Below are positions 30,434 to 40,169 of a stretch of 64,000 nt of DNA, one piece after another (position 1 is the stretch's first letter; every line of letters starts with the position of its first letter). The DNA is taken from the NCBI GenBank assembly GCA_963667035.1, contig OY762964.1, positions 2,400,001 to 2,464,000 of the forward strand. Reading direction: 5' to 3'. The notes under the pieces are model-generated. The model did not search any database. It worked only from the letters and a program-made list of their open reading frames with translations, and had not been told where the DNA came from. Source of the stretch: Candidatus Cloacimonadales bacterium. GTDB lineage: Bacteria; Cloacimonadota; Cloacimonadia; Cloacimonadales; JAFGVF01. The translations under genes were made by a program, and so were the position numbers.

Positions 30434-31318
30434 CTACTCTTTCCCAAGCCACTTCTTCAGGATATTGGTTTTCTTCTCACCGAAGATTTCAGGACGTTTG
30501 AAGATGTCCATTGAGCCTTTAACAATGCTTTTGGTTGTTTCGATTATTGTCTTGGTTCCGGGAAAGAGATCACGGTCTTTTTCTATGTAAATCAATTTAC
30601 AATAGTTTTCGGTAATCAGGGCAACTCGAGTCAACAAAACCGCATTAACAAAGCCATCGGTAAGAGAAGTTGAAACAACATTTACGAACGGTATACTTTT
30701 AATTGTATCCGATCCGAGTTTTGTCATTAACTCATTTACGGCATATTCTACTCCTTCCGAACCTCCAATTGCTACAGAAAGGTAAACCTTTCTCAGAATC
30801 ACAAAAAGATAGCGATTGCTCACTCTACCGTTAAAGGTAGAGAATATATCCTTTATCATGTTCACAGAGGCGGAAAGTATCAAAATAGCATCGAGAAAGC
30901 CATTCTGCGAAACACCTGTGCTAATAAACAACTGTGAGACATATCGCTTTCTGATATCATTCAATTGAGGTTGGAGTTTGCCGAGTAGGTATTTATACTC
31001 TATTTCCGAGTTCTCTTGCTCCTCTAATTCAATCCCGCGAGCAGTTAACAATAGCCTTAAATGCTTATTCCGTTTCAGCATGCTCTTTTCGATACCGGTT
31101 ATGCTAGCAACCGGAGAAAACACCGCTCTATAGGCAAACATCCGTATCATAGGTAGTATAACGAACCAAACAATTACAAATGCAAGAATACCGAGCATGG
31201 CGTAGGCAAAATACTCATTTATGTTCAAGAGCGATGCATAAAGCATTATCGCTTCTTTAACTATCAGATAAACAAAGAATAGAGAGACAATCCAAAGGAT
31301 ACGTTTTAATGTCTTCAT
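30434..31318 (-). CDS. YcjF/DUF697-family membrane protein
   Basis: GAGGTGA RBS; two N-terminal TM helices; STGVSQNGFLD and DGFVNAVLLTRVA motifs. Confidence 0.75.
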   Translation of the reverse strand: MKTLKRILWIVSLFFVYLIVKEAIMLYASLLNINEYFAYAMLGILAFVIVWFVILPMIRMFAYRAVFSPVASITGIEKSMLKRNKHLRLLLTARGIELEEQENSEIEYKYLLGKLQPQLNDIRKRYVSQLFISTGVSQNGFLDAILILSASVNMIKDIFSTFNGRVSNRYLFVILRKVYLSVAIGGSEGVEYAVNELMTKLGSDTIKSIPFVNVVSTSLTDGFVNAVLLTRVALITENYCKLIYIEKDRDLFPGTKTIIETTKSIVKGSMDIFKRPEIFGEKKTNILKKWLGKE

Positions 31319-31458
31319 AGTCACCTCAATGCGAAGATAGTCTATGCTAAAGTTTAAGGCAAGTAAAAATGATTTTAAGATAAACATCCTGATTTCCACA
31401 TCTGTTTTTAAAAGTTAACCGCTCAAAAACTACTCACTCTATCAAAACAGAATTTTCC

Positions 31459-31549
31459 CACTGTTTTCCCACTGTGCAAGCACTGTGAACCCGGTGTTTC
31501 AGTGCGTGGATAGTGCATTCACAGTGCCTGTACAGTGCAAAATCAGTGC
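31459..31549. repeat. 11-bp-periodic inverted intergenic array 2
   Basis: CACTGT at 31459, 31470, 31481; (C/T)AGTGC at 31500, 31511, 31522, 31533, 31544. Confidence 0.92.
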
Positions 31550-31582
31550 GTTGGTTGTAATTACAAATCAGGTAAAGTATAA

Positions 31583-31598
31583 AGGCATGTTTATTGCA
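31583..31598 (+). promoter_or_regulatory. Candidate sigma-54 (-24/-12) promoter
   Basis: AGGCATGTTTATTGCA has GG-N10-GC spacing and is close to the consensus TGGCACG-N4-TTGCW. Confidence 0.6.
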
Positions 31599-31757
31599 TA
31601 ACTCATTGCAAATCGCACTGATTACATTAATAAATAGCGATAAACTCTATTTCATTTGTTAAGAGTTAACTTCATGAAAAAGCTGATTAGTTGACATAAT
31701 ATTGTGACTGAATAATGATGATTGGTTCTCTTAACGAGGCTAAAGGAAATAAGGAAA

Positions 31758-32951
31758 ATGAATAAGAAAATACTGTTTTTACTCCTTGTCGTTTCATTCT
31801 TATGCGGACTATCGGGAATTAGTTTGAGTGATTTAAGCTATGGAACTGACTCTACACTCGATATTATGACATGGAATATTGAATGGTTCCCCAAGAACGG
31901 AACAGCAACTATGGATTCGGTAGCAACAATAATCGAAGCACTTAATATGGATATTTATGCAATCCAGGAAGTAAGTGATACGACGGCAGTTAAGCAAATG
32001 GTCAATGGACTTGATGATTACGAATACTACTTCTACTCAAGCTACTTTGCAGGCTTGGCTTATATCTATAAAACTGATGAGATTATCGTTAACAATATTT
32101 TTGAAATATATACTTCCGAACCTTATTGGAGACCATTCCCACGCTCACCTATGGTTATGTCGATTACTTATAACGGAGATTACTATTATATCATCAATAA
32201 CCATTTGAAAGCATTCGGAGACGGTGTCATCAATTACAATGACCCTTGGGATGAAGAGACAAGGCGATATGATGCTTGTAACTATTTAAAACAGTATATT
32301 GAGTCTGCTCTTCCAAATGAGAAAGTCATAGTTCTGGGAGATATGAACGATGTTCTTACGGACAGTTCTCCTAATAATATATTCCAGAACATTATTGATG
32401 ATTCGAATAATCTGCAATTCATTGATATGGATATTGCAACAGGGAACTCCTACTACTGGTCGTATCCGGGATATCCTTCTCATATTGACCATATCTTCAT
32501 AACAAACGAACTCTTCAATGAGTTTAATTCTGATAACTCATCAATTCAAACAATAAGAATTGGTAATTACATGGCTTATGGATTCTCAACTTATGATAAT
32601 TACGTTTCGGATCACTATCCCTTAGCGTTAAAATTATATAATCCTACTGCTATAGAAGAAGATGTTAATTCTGCAAATAATTTTAGTTTAATGAACTACC
32701 CAAATCCCTTTAATCCGACCACAACTATCTCATTTGCTCTTAGAGCACAAACCCAAGTAAAGCTAACAGTTTATGATGTAAAGGGCAGGCAAGTAAATAC
32801 TCTGATTAATAATAAGATGAACTCGGGAAATCATGACATTGTGTGGAACGGCAGTAACAATAAGAATATGAAAGTAAGTTCCGGTATATATTTCTTAAGA
32901 CTTGAGACTGATAAGAATGTGAAAACAATTAAAGCTGTTATGATGAAGTAA
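31758..32951 (+). CDS. Secreted endonuclease/exonuclease/phosphatase (DNase I-like) with T9SS-type CTD
   Basis: MTWNIEWF, AIQEV, NHLKA, LGDMND, IDHIFI, SDHYP; NYPNPFNPTT...SGIYFLRL. Confidence 0.9.
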   Translation: MNKKILFLLLVVSFLCGLSGISLSDLSYGTDSTLDIMTWNIEWFPKNGTATMDSVATIIEALNMDIYAIQEVSDTTAVKQMVNGLDDYEYYFYSSYFAGLAYIYKTDEIIVNNIFEIYTSEPYWRPFPRSPMVMSITYNGDYYYIINNHLKAFGDGVINYNDPWDEETRRYDACNYLKQYIESALPNEKVIVLGDMNDVLTDSSPNNIFQNIIDDSNNLQFIDMDIATGNSYYWSYPGYPSHIDHIFITNELFNEFNSDNSSIQTIRIGNYMAYGFSTYDNYVSDHYPLALKLYNPTAIEEDVNSANNFSLMNYPNPFNPTTTISFALRAQTQVKLTVYDVKGRQVNTLINNKMNSGNHDIVWNGSNNKNMKVSSGIYFLRLETDKNVKTIKAVMMK

Positions 32952-32979
32952 AATAATTACCGGTCTTGTACAAAACATA

Positions 32980-33006
32980 AAAGGCAGTGAGTAATCAGCT
33001 GCCTTT
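32980..33006. terminator. Probable bidirectional terminator between convergent genes
   Basis: AAAGGCAG...CTGCCTTT stem. Confidence 0.7.
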
Positions 33007-33023
33007 ATAATTGCGTTTAAGTT

Positions 33024-36000
33024 TTAGAACTTAACTTGTATCCATAAAGCTGTGGAGAAGATTCTAATTGATTCTTCCGACTTATGATTCTTCTCATTTG
33101 AGTACTGCAAGTCAAATCCACCCTTAATATTCTTACTGAAATTATATGATACGGTTGGAGTAAGAGTAAACTTAGTCTTATCCATTACCACAACAGTATT
33201 CTCATTACCTTTATTCTCTTCTTTATCAATATTATAGCTGAAATTCATTGAAGAGGTAAGCTCGTTCTTAAGTCTCATACGTTTGTTCATGAAAGGTAGC
33301 TTCAACCCACGAGCAGCAGTGAATGAATAAGATATTGAGCCATTGATTACATTACTGTTTCTCTCACTCAATGATTTATAAGCACCACGATCTGTTGTAG
33401 TCTTACTATTGGTAAAACCATAGCTGGCGGTAGTGTTAACATTCTTAAGCCAGTTACCATTCCAGTTAATCAAAGGGCTAAGAGATAGTTCTTTAGTTAC
33501 GGTATTAGGTTCATCCCAATCAAAATCTCCCGACTTTTTGACTGAATAGGAATAACTACTTGAGAGTCTTGAGCTTGTTAGGACTCTTTCTATGCCTATC
33601 CATTTCTGGAATTCACTCACATTAACAGAGATATCCGGGAAAGTAACACTTTCTCTTTGTGAGCTACTATTAGCTTCAGTTGTCTCAAATGAGTAAGAGT
33701 ATCCGGTTGAGATATCGATGTTTCTGGTAAGCTCGATTCCTGTGTTAACAGAAATAGTATTCTTATTCTTAATTGAATTTAACGAATCTCTGGCTACTAC
33801 ATCCGGTACACCTAATTGATACATAAACTCAGGACGATTATTTAAGTCACTGTAATCGGTAGAATAATTATTATCAAAAGAAACAACAATGTTCTTTAGC
33901 TTTGATATGTATGTGAAAATATTAGTAGGTTCCGAGCTCTTACTGCTACGTCCTGCTTTGTCTTCTCCACCATTCTTGATGTCATCTTTAGGAGATGGTT
34001 TGGGACTATAGTCATTATCATTGTAGTTCTTTTCAAAACTAGCTAGTTCCTTATCCATTTTTTCCTTAGTGATAGCACCCTTATCAAGCATTGTTTGGAG
34101 TTCTTTTACTCTCTCTTTATACTTTGTATCGTATTTTACGTCCTCAGCATCATTTCCAATCTCTTTAACTTTTGAAGATGCCGATTCCTCATATTTCGTG
34201 TTAATCTCTTTCTCTTTTTTATCTATAACTTTTTCGTCTTTTGAGTCCTCACTCTTCTTAGTGGCTTTTTTGGATGAATTTTCAGAGAACTTCCTTGAAA
34301 GAGATTTTAACATATCGGAATTCTTTAAGGTGAAATTGATACTCGTGTCTCTTTTTACACCACCGGATCTTTCAAAACGATATTCTTCTACGTTATCTGT
34401 AGTATTAGTGTTGAGAAGCCTTCTTGTCTCATTAAAAGAAGCTTGGGGTGATATTGAGAACGAGTATATATTAGGAAAATGATTAGGATTATATGTTACA
34501 TCCAATGTCTGTTTGTATTCTGTTTCTTCACCGACATTGATATCACTAACATACTTTTTATAAACTAAATCACGTTTAGTTGATAGTCTATAAGTTGAAG
34601 TTAAATCAGATAAGATGTCATAATTAACAGTATTAGTCGTATTGATATACTTTGATTTTTTTGAGTTTAATGTTGGTAGAAACTCTTTTTTTGTTGTGTC
34701 AAATGTCCAGCTTTTCGGATCACTAGCTGTAAGAGTAATAGTATTATCTAAAGTTCTTGGTATAACATACCAGTAGTAATTCTTGAAAATCTTGATTCCA
34801 ATCTTTTCTCGAGGAATACTTAAATTATATGTGTAAGTACCATTGTATGCCAAAGTGGTATCAATATTAGTAGGAGTATTTGCTTCTGTGTAAGTAACTC
34901 TCGCTGACAAAGAAGTCGAATCAAGAGTATATTTTGTCCACCACTTAGGCTTACTCGCATTCTTCTGTAATGTTACCTCGGCAGTATATGATTTAGATTT
35001 ATTCTCTTCTTTATCAAGATATATGTCCTCAAGGTCCTTTCTAAGAATATCGGAATTAGCTTTAAACCTGGGTATACCCCATGATTGAGTTCTATTCACT
35101 TGTACAGGTATGTTATAACCCCAATCATAAGGAAGAAACTTATGCAAATAAACCTTACCCGACATATTAAAATTGGTTTGATCTATGTAAGATGTTTGAG
35201 AATTTCTGAGAATTTCTTTTCTAAAGTTATCTGACTTTTGCTCATAGCTGACAGTAAAATCTAGAAAATCGGCAAACTTCGTCCTTAAATCTATGCTGTA
35301 AGCAATACCGACATTAGTATTAGGATCAGCAACTCTTATATCGTTGAAATAGATTTTACCTGTGAAACCGGGATTACCGTTGGGAATCATTACACCCATA
35401 GATAACTCCTGGATAGAAGATAAAGTTGGATTCTTATATCTTATAAATGTATAATCACCCTCTGTTACAAATAAAGTATCAGCATCGTCAGGGCTAGCAT
35501 TCTTCAAACGGGTTAACTTGCTGAAATCCAGACTTATCTCTTTCCATAGACTTCTTTCCATTCTCGGATAATACGCATTAGGTTTAGTTTTATATCTAAT
35601 CTCGTAATAGTTTAGAGAATCAGCACCTGCTCTAAATACCACATAGATAGAGTCATTATAACTTATCTCTTCATCCATCTCCGGATAAATCCAATATCTC
35701 AAGGCATTGTATGATAGCCAGTTAGTAGATTTATTCTCTTTATGTCGAACTAATCCTATATGATTCGGCTGTAGGTTAGTAGCATCTAGTCTCAAAGACT
35801 GTTCAAGGGTTTGAGTACCTTGTTCTACTTTATAAGTTCCCTTAGGAGAAATATAGTGATTGTCCTTCTGATTGTCCGCTACTCCTATTGCAATACTTTC
35901 GTCATTATCGTTAATAGTTACGGTATCCACAACATTATAAACTTCTACATCGTCAGCATTTAAGGTAACATTGTAGATTGGTCTCTCTAAATATTTATTT

Positions 36001-39000
36001 CCTACAACTTCGAACTCGACTAAATTAACTTTAGTTGTTTCATCAACTTCAAACCAGATTCTCACATACTTAATCTTTGAGATATCCGGAGCTGTGATTT
36101 GACCTACAATGTTATTCTCATTTAATGGAATTCGGAAAAGCTTCCATCCGTTATTGTCATTTTCTAAATATTCAGATTGTGTTCTGTCTGTAATATCCTC
36201 AACAACATATTCAAAATAACGGTTTAGTTGGTCCAAAAGACCATTCTCATCCATATCTTCCGTATCAAGAACACCATTTGATTCAGTACCATTCACAGCA
36301 CTATATTCATCTTGATGACCTTGATGACCTTGATCATCTTTAAAATGAGCATTGATGTCATAATCATCGTCTTCATCATCACCCTCAGCATTGTCAGGGA
36401 TTCCGTCTAGTCCTACATCCTCTCTAGCCTCAAGATCTCCATCAAGAGTACCTCCGTTAGCTCCATCTTCTCTATGCAGGATAGGTGTACCATTCTCTCC
36501 GTAAGTATAGAAGTTCTCACTAATATCACCCATATCAATATGCATTCGTACTTGAGATAATGGACTTTGGGCATAATTCTCAGCTTTAAGTAAGACTTGA
36601 ATATATTTCATGTCCGAGAAATCAATCTCGTTACCGATATACCTCATGAGACCACCCCATTGCCTATCAGAAGTAGCGGTAGAATCAGGTACCATCTTGA
36701 TTGCCATGACATTTATCTCATCATTTTCTTCTTCATCAGTAAGTGTTTCAGGGTCATAAACTTGTCCTGCATAAACATTTTCTTGTTTAAACCAGTATGT
36801 TCTTGCCTTATCAATACCCACATCTTGCGGTTCACTAGCAGGGTTCCAAACCTGTCGTGTAACACCTAGAGGAAAAGGTTGCAATACTGATTCCATGTCA
36901 TCAATGTATGCTTCCTTTGCTTTTGTATCATTATTCCCATATATATCAAAGAATGAGAATGCTACTTCTCCACTTAAGCTTATTTCAGATTCGGCAGTTG
37001 TTTTTATTAATGGCAATGCATCAACCATCTTAGTCATAAATTCAGGATTAAATTTTATATCTGCATCAATATCACCTAAGAACATATTGTAGTTTTCATT
37101 ACCTATTTCTGGATGTTCATCGGTGACTTTCTCACTCTTATAAACAAATGTCGTTCCAATATTACCAACATCACCTATAGCTAAATCAGCTCTTAATCCT
37201 GCCATAGTCTTTCTCTCTATTGAGAATCCGGAACGGAATTCATATTCTATCTCTATCTCTGCATTAGGATCTTTAGCTCTTGAGTTCAAGAAAGAGATTT
37301 CACCCATGTCATAATCAACAATATAGTCTACCCCTTCAGAGAGAGTACTTCCGTTCAGCTTAACAGAAACCGAACCTTCAAGAATGTTTATCTGATTAAG
37401 GTTAATCCTTTCTCTACTAATACTACCTTTTACTGACATTTTATAACTAAAATCATCAGAATGTACTGATTCCTGATCCAGCTTGTAGATTAAAGTATCA
37501 CCTAAAGAATAGAATGGTTTTATAAATGGGTAATAAATATACCCGGCAGTTAAATCAATTACTCTATCACTAGAGTCAACTATATCATCATTATTTGTAT
37601 CCAAATCTAAATATTTGATAAGTGTGTCTCTGCTTCCATGGTCAATATCATCAGAGACTCTATAATTCTCAGTCCCATCTTCATTTACTGTATAAACCTT
37701 TAGCTCGAAACCTTCACTTTTGATACCTCTCATTCCCAAATCATAAATATTCTTGGCCATATATGTCCATTTGGAGTATTGGTCATCCGGATCGTCTGTA
37801 TATTTCTGATTTCTAATTCTAATTAACTTGAGATGTAAAGTATCTCCCTCTGCATCATAATTTGAAGGAACTAACTGACCTGAATTATCAATATAAGCAA
37901 TACCTATGGTACAAATCTTATTGATTGACTTGTTAAAAACAATCATTCCTGATTCGTAGTCTACATAATAATCATTATTTTCTTCTGTCTGCTCAGTAAA
38001 AGAGGGATAATACTCTATACCATCTTCATTAACAATAGGATCTCCGGGACGAGTTATTGTTTGATCATTTGTTGCAATACCATCATCTAGATAAACAACT
38101 AAAGTACCGGGTTGCGGTAACAATGAGCCATTAACCTTCCATTTACCATCTTCTGTTTTTATAGCATTATCTGCCCAACCTGACGGAAGACCACTAGCCT
38201 CAACCTCTTCTTGAGTATATAACTCAAACAAACGTTGCATAGGCTCAACAAAATAATGTGTTCTATTAGCATAATTCTTACTGCCAATTATTGAGGATTC
38301 TTGCTGGCTATTACCGGTGTATTTTTGTTTATTTTTTTGCCCTTCTTCTTCACTAAAGATAGCCTGAACAGAAAGATCTCCTACTTTAATCTCTCCTTTT
38401 ACACCAAAAAGGCCTTGAGAAGAAATACTGGTTGAAGCATACTTTGAACCTGATAGTGATAATGAAATGTTACCTGCTTCAACTTTCTGCACTATTTCAT
38501 CATCATCCCCATCATACTCAATATGGATATTGTTAGGATCAAACAAGTTTTCATCAGTATTGGAATTATGCTTAAGGTCTACTGAAATCTTGCTACCAAT
38601 TGTTCCTCTCAGTCTCAAATCTAAATCTTGTTTCATCTCCATATCAAAGTTAGTATTATCTTTTCCTTCATAAACAAGGTTTGTCTCACGTTTAGTACTT
38701 GTACCTGTAATACTTAACTTTTGGCTACCATCAAGATTTAGTCTACCTTGTTCATCACCTAAAATCGATCGCATTCCCTTAGGAATTGCTTCTTTAGGGA
38801 TTTTTATTGTTATCTCAGGTATTATTCCTGTATCTACCTGACGATCCTCTGACAAAATATAATCTATAGAATTAGTTGTAATGTTATCAGTTAGAGTATT
38901 CTGCCATAACTTGTTAAAATAGCTATCAAAACCAACATATAAATCCGGCATTACTTTAATATTACGGTAAGTTGTCTTATATACTACCTTCATTTTATCA

Positions 39001-39215
39001 AAATCGATGTCAATTTGTGTATCAGCTTTTAATAGGTTATTGACGTATGGTTTTTCATAAGAAAAGATAGGTGACTTGGGAATATTGAAATAAGTAACTT
39101 TGTTTCCTGAAACTTTATGGTATCCTGCAAGTCTAATCTCGGGAGGGAAAACATTCGCAACGAGAGTTGCAGATAAAAGGATTAAGACTCCAATTAGAAT
39201 AATCTTTCTATACAT
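33024..39215 (-). CDS. sprA: SprA/Sov-like outer-membrane translocon of the type IX secretion system
   Basis: 2063 aa with signal peptide; IEYDGDDDEIVQKVEAGNISLSL, QGLFGVK, LSEGVDYIVDYDMG, AYIDDME, IDMGDISE, DTEDMDENG; amphipathic beta-strand C-terminus ending in F. Confidence 0.85.
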   Translation of the reverse strand: MYRKIILIGVLILLSATLVANVFPPEIRLAGYHKVSGNKVTYFNIPKSPIFSYEKPYVNNLLKADTQIDIDFDKMKVVYKTTYRNIKVMPDLYVGFDSYFNKLWQNTLTDNITTNSIDYILSEDRQVDTGIIPEITIKIPKEAIPKGMRSILGDEQGRLNLDGSQKLSITGTSTKRETNLVYEGKDNTNFDMEMKQDLDLRLRGTIGSKISVDLKHNSNTDENLFDPNNIHIEYDGDDDEIVQKVEAGNISLSLSGSKYASTSISSQGLFGVKGEIKVGDLSVQAIFSEEEGQKNKQKYTGNSQQESSIIGSKNYANRTHYFVEPMQRLFELYTQEEVEASGLPSGWADNAIKTEDGKWKVNGSLLPQPGTLVVYLDDGIATNDQTITRPGDPIVNEDGIEYYPSFTEQTEENNDYYVDYESGMIVFNKSINKICTIGIAYIDNSGQLVPSNYDAEGDTLHLKLIRIRNQKYTDDPDDQYSKWTYMAKNIYDLGMRGIKSEGFELKVYTVNEDGTENYRVSDDIDHGSRDTLIKYLDLDTNNDDIVDSSDRVIDLTAGYIYYPFIKPFYSLGDTLIYKLDQESVHSDDFSYKMSVKGSISRERINLNQINILEGSVSVKLNGSTLSEGVDYIVDYDMGEISFLNSRAKDPNAEIEIEYEFRSGFSIERKTMAGLRADLAIGDVGNIGTTFVYKSEKVTDEHPEIGNENYNMFLGDIDADIKFNPEFMTKMVDALPLIKTTAESEISLSGEVAFSFFDIYGNNDTKAKEAYIDDMESVLQPFPLGVTRQVWNPASEPQDVGIDKARTYWFKQENVYAGQVYDPETLTDEEENDEINVMAIKMVPDSTATSDRQWGGLMRYIGNEIDFSDMKYIQVLLKAENYAQSPLSQVRMHIDMGDISENFYTYGENGTPILHREDGANGGTLDGDLEAREDVGLDGIPDNAEGDDEDDDYDINAHFKDDQGHQGHQDEYSAVNGTESNGVLDTEDMDENGLLDQLNRYFEYVVEDITDRTQSEYLENDNNGWKLFRIPLNENNIVGQITAPDISKIKYVRIWFEVDETTKVNLVEFEVVGNKYLERPIYNVTLNADDVEVYNVVDTVTINDNDESIAIGVADNQKDNHYISPKGTYKVEQGTQTLEQSLRLDATNLQPNHIGLVRHKENKSTNWLSYNALRYWIYPEMDEEISYNDSIYVVFRAGADSLNYYEIRYKTKPNAYYPRMERSLWKEISLDFSKLTRLKNASPDDADTLFVTEGDYTFIRYKNPTLSSIQELSMGVMIPNGNPGFTGKIYFNDIRVADPNTNVGIAYSIDLRTKFADFLDFTVSYEQKSDNFRKEILRNSQTSYIDQTNFNMSGKVYLHKFLPYDWGYNIPVQVNRTQSWGIPRFKANSDILRKDLEDIYLDKEENKSKSYTAEVTLQKNASKPKWWTKYTLDSTSLSARVTYTEANTPTNIDTTLAYNGTYTYNLSIPREKIGIKIFKNYYWYVIPRTLDNTITLTASDPKSWTFDTTKKEFLPTLNSKKSKYINTTNTVNYDILSDLTSTYRLSTKRDLVYKKYVSDINVGEETEYKQTLDVTYNPNHFPNIYSFSISPQASFNETRRLLNTNTTDNVEEYRFERSGGVKRDTSINFTLKNSDMLKSLSRKFSENSSKKATKKSEDSKDEKVIDKKEKEINTKYEESASSKVKEIGNDAEDVKYDTKYKERVKELQTMLDKGAITKEKMDKELASFEKNYNDNDYSPKPSPKDDIKNGGEDKAGRSSKSSEPTNIFTYISKLKNIVVSFDNNYSTDYSDLNNRPEFMYQLGVPDVVARDSLNSIKNKNTISVNTGIELTRNIDISTGYSYSFETTEANSSSQRESVTFPDISVNVSEFQKWIGIERVLTSSRLSSSYSYSVKKSGDFDWDEPNTVTKELSLSPLINWNGNWLKNVNTTASYGFTNSKTTTDRGAYKSLSERNSNVINGSISYSFTAARGLKLPFMNKRMRLKNELTSSMNFSYNIDKEENKGNENTVVVMDKTKFTLTPTVSYNFSKNIKGGFDLQYSNEKNHKSEESIRIFSTALWIQVKF

Positions 39216-39249
39216 TTATTGCCTTACTTGTTTATTAATTCAAAAGTGA

Positions 39250-40029
39250 TTAGATTACCTGGCTAATCATATACAAGCCATCAAGTGTCAATTGCTTATC
39301 AACAACATCCAACTCTTCTGACTCTCCAACCAACAGACTGGAGATACCGCCTGTTGCTATGCATTTGATTTCACCCAGATGCTTATATTGCTGTCTGATA
39401 GCTTTAGTGAACCCATCAATCATGAAGATGTGACCCCTAATTATACCTGACAATAAAGCTTCTTTAGTATTTGTGCCCAATAAACGTTCCGGTTGGTCAA
39501 GCTGAATATTAGTAAGAAGTGCTGCTTTTGTAAAAAGCCCATTAGCAGAGCTTCTAATACCCGGAGAAATTGCAGTCCCATGAAAGTGACCGTCTTTATC
39601 TACAAACTGGATTGTTGTTGCTGTTCCTAAATCACAGACAATACAATTCGTTTTGTACTTCTTCCAAGCAGAGTAAGCATTTACTATCAAATCAGCTCCT
39701 ATAAAGGATGGATCAGCTATGCTATAGCTTAATCCTAAAGGCAATATCCCGGTTACGTTAATTAGCGGACAATCAAAATACCGCTGCACTAAATGGGTAA
39801 AAATTCTGGTCAATTCTGGAACGACCGATGACATAGCAACTTTATCGATATATACTTCCTCTTTGATTGTAGTTGAAAAAAAGGTTTGTATTTGGCAGTA
39901 ATATTCATCAGAGGTTTTTTCTCGATCAGAATGAACACGCCAGTTTGCACTTAAAACTCCGTCTAAATAAAATCCCAAGACAACATGCGAGTTGCCAATA
40001 TCTACTACCAGTACTGCACTTTTTTTCAT
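39250..40029 (-). CDS. coaX: Type III pantothenate kinase
   Basis: VDIGNSH, GAD, DLGTATT, ISPG, GTNT, ATGG, LTLDGL. Confidence 0.93.
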   Translation of the reverse strand: MKKSAVLVVDIGNSHVVLGFYLDGVLSANWRVHSDREKTSDEYYCQIQTFFSTTIKEEVYIDKVAMSSVVPELTRIFTHLVQRYFDCPLINVTGILPLGLSYSIADPSFIGADLIVNAYSAWKKYKTNCIVCDLGTATTIQFVDKDGHFHGTAISPGIRSSANGLFTKAALLTNIQLDQPERLLGTNTKEALLSGIIRGHIFMIDGFTKAIRQQYKHLGEIKCIATGGISSLLVGESEELDVVDKQLTLDGLYMISQVI

Positions 40030-40169
40030 TAATCGACTTTCTAAACCTATTATTAATAGTCAAGTAAAGAATTTCATAAGGAAGATGAAATGAGAATTAT
40101 CAAACATATTGATTGTAATTCTAAAGTTATTATGTTACGATTAACTTGGCATAAAGAAAAGTGGTAATT

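Noticed and set aside
34069..34482. 137-aa plus-strand hydrophobic ORF
   Set aside because: Antisense to the Lys/Glu-rich insertion of sprA; its composition is the mirror of that insertion.
36313..36335. TGATGACCT tandem repeat in sprA
   Set aside because: In-frame 9-bp duplication (QGHQGH) in a loop, with no phase-variation potential.
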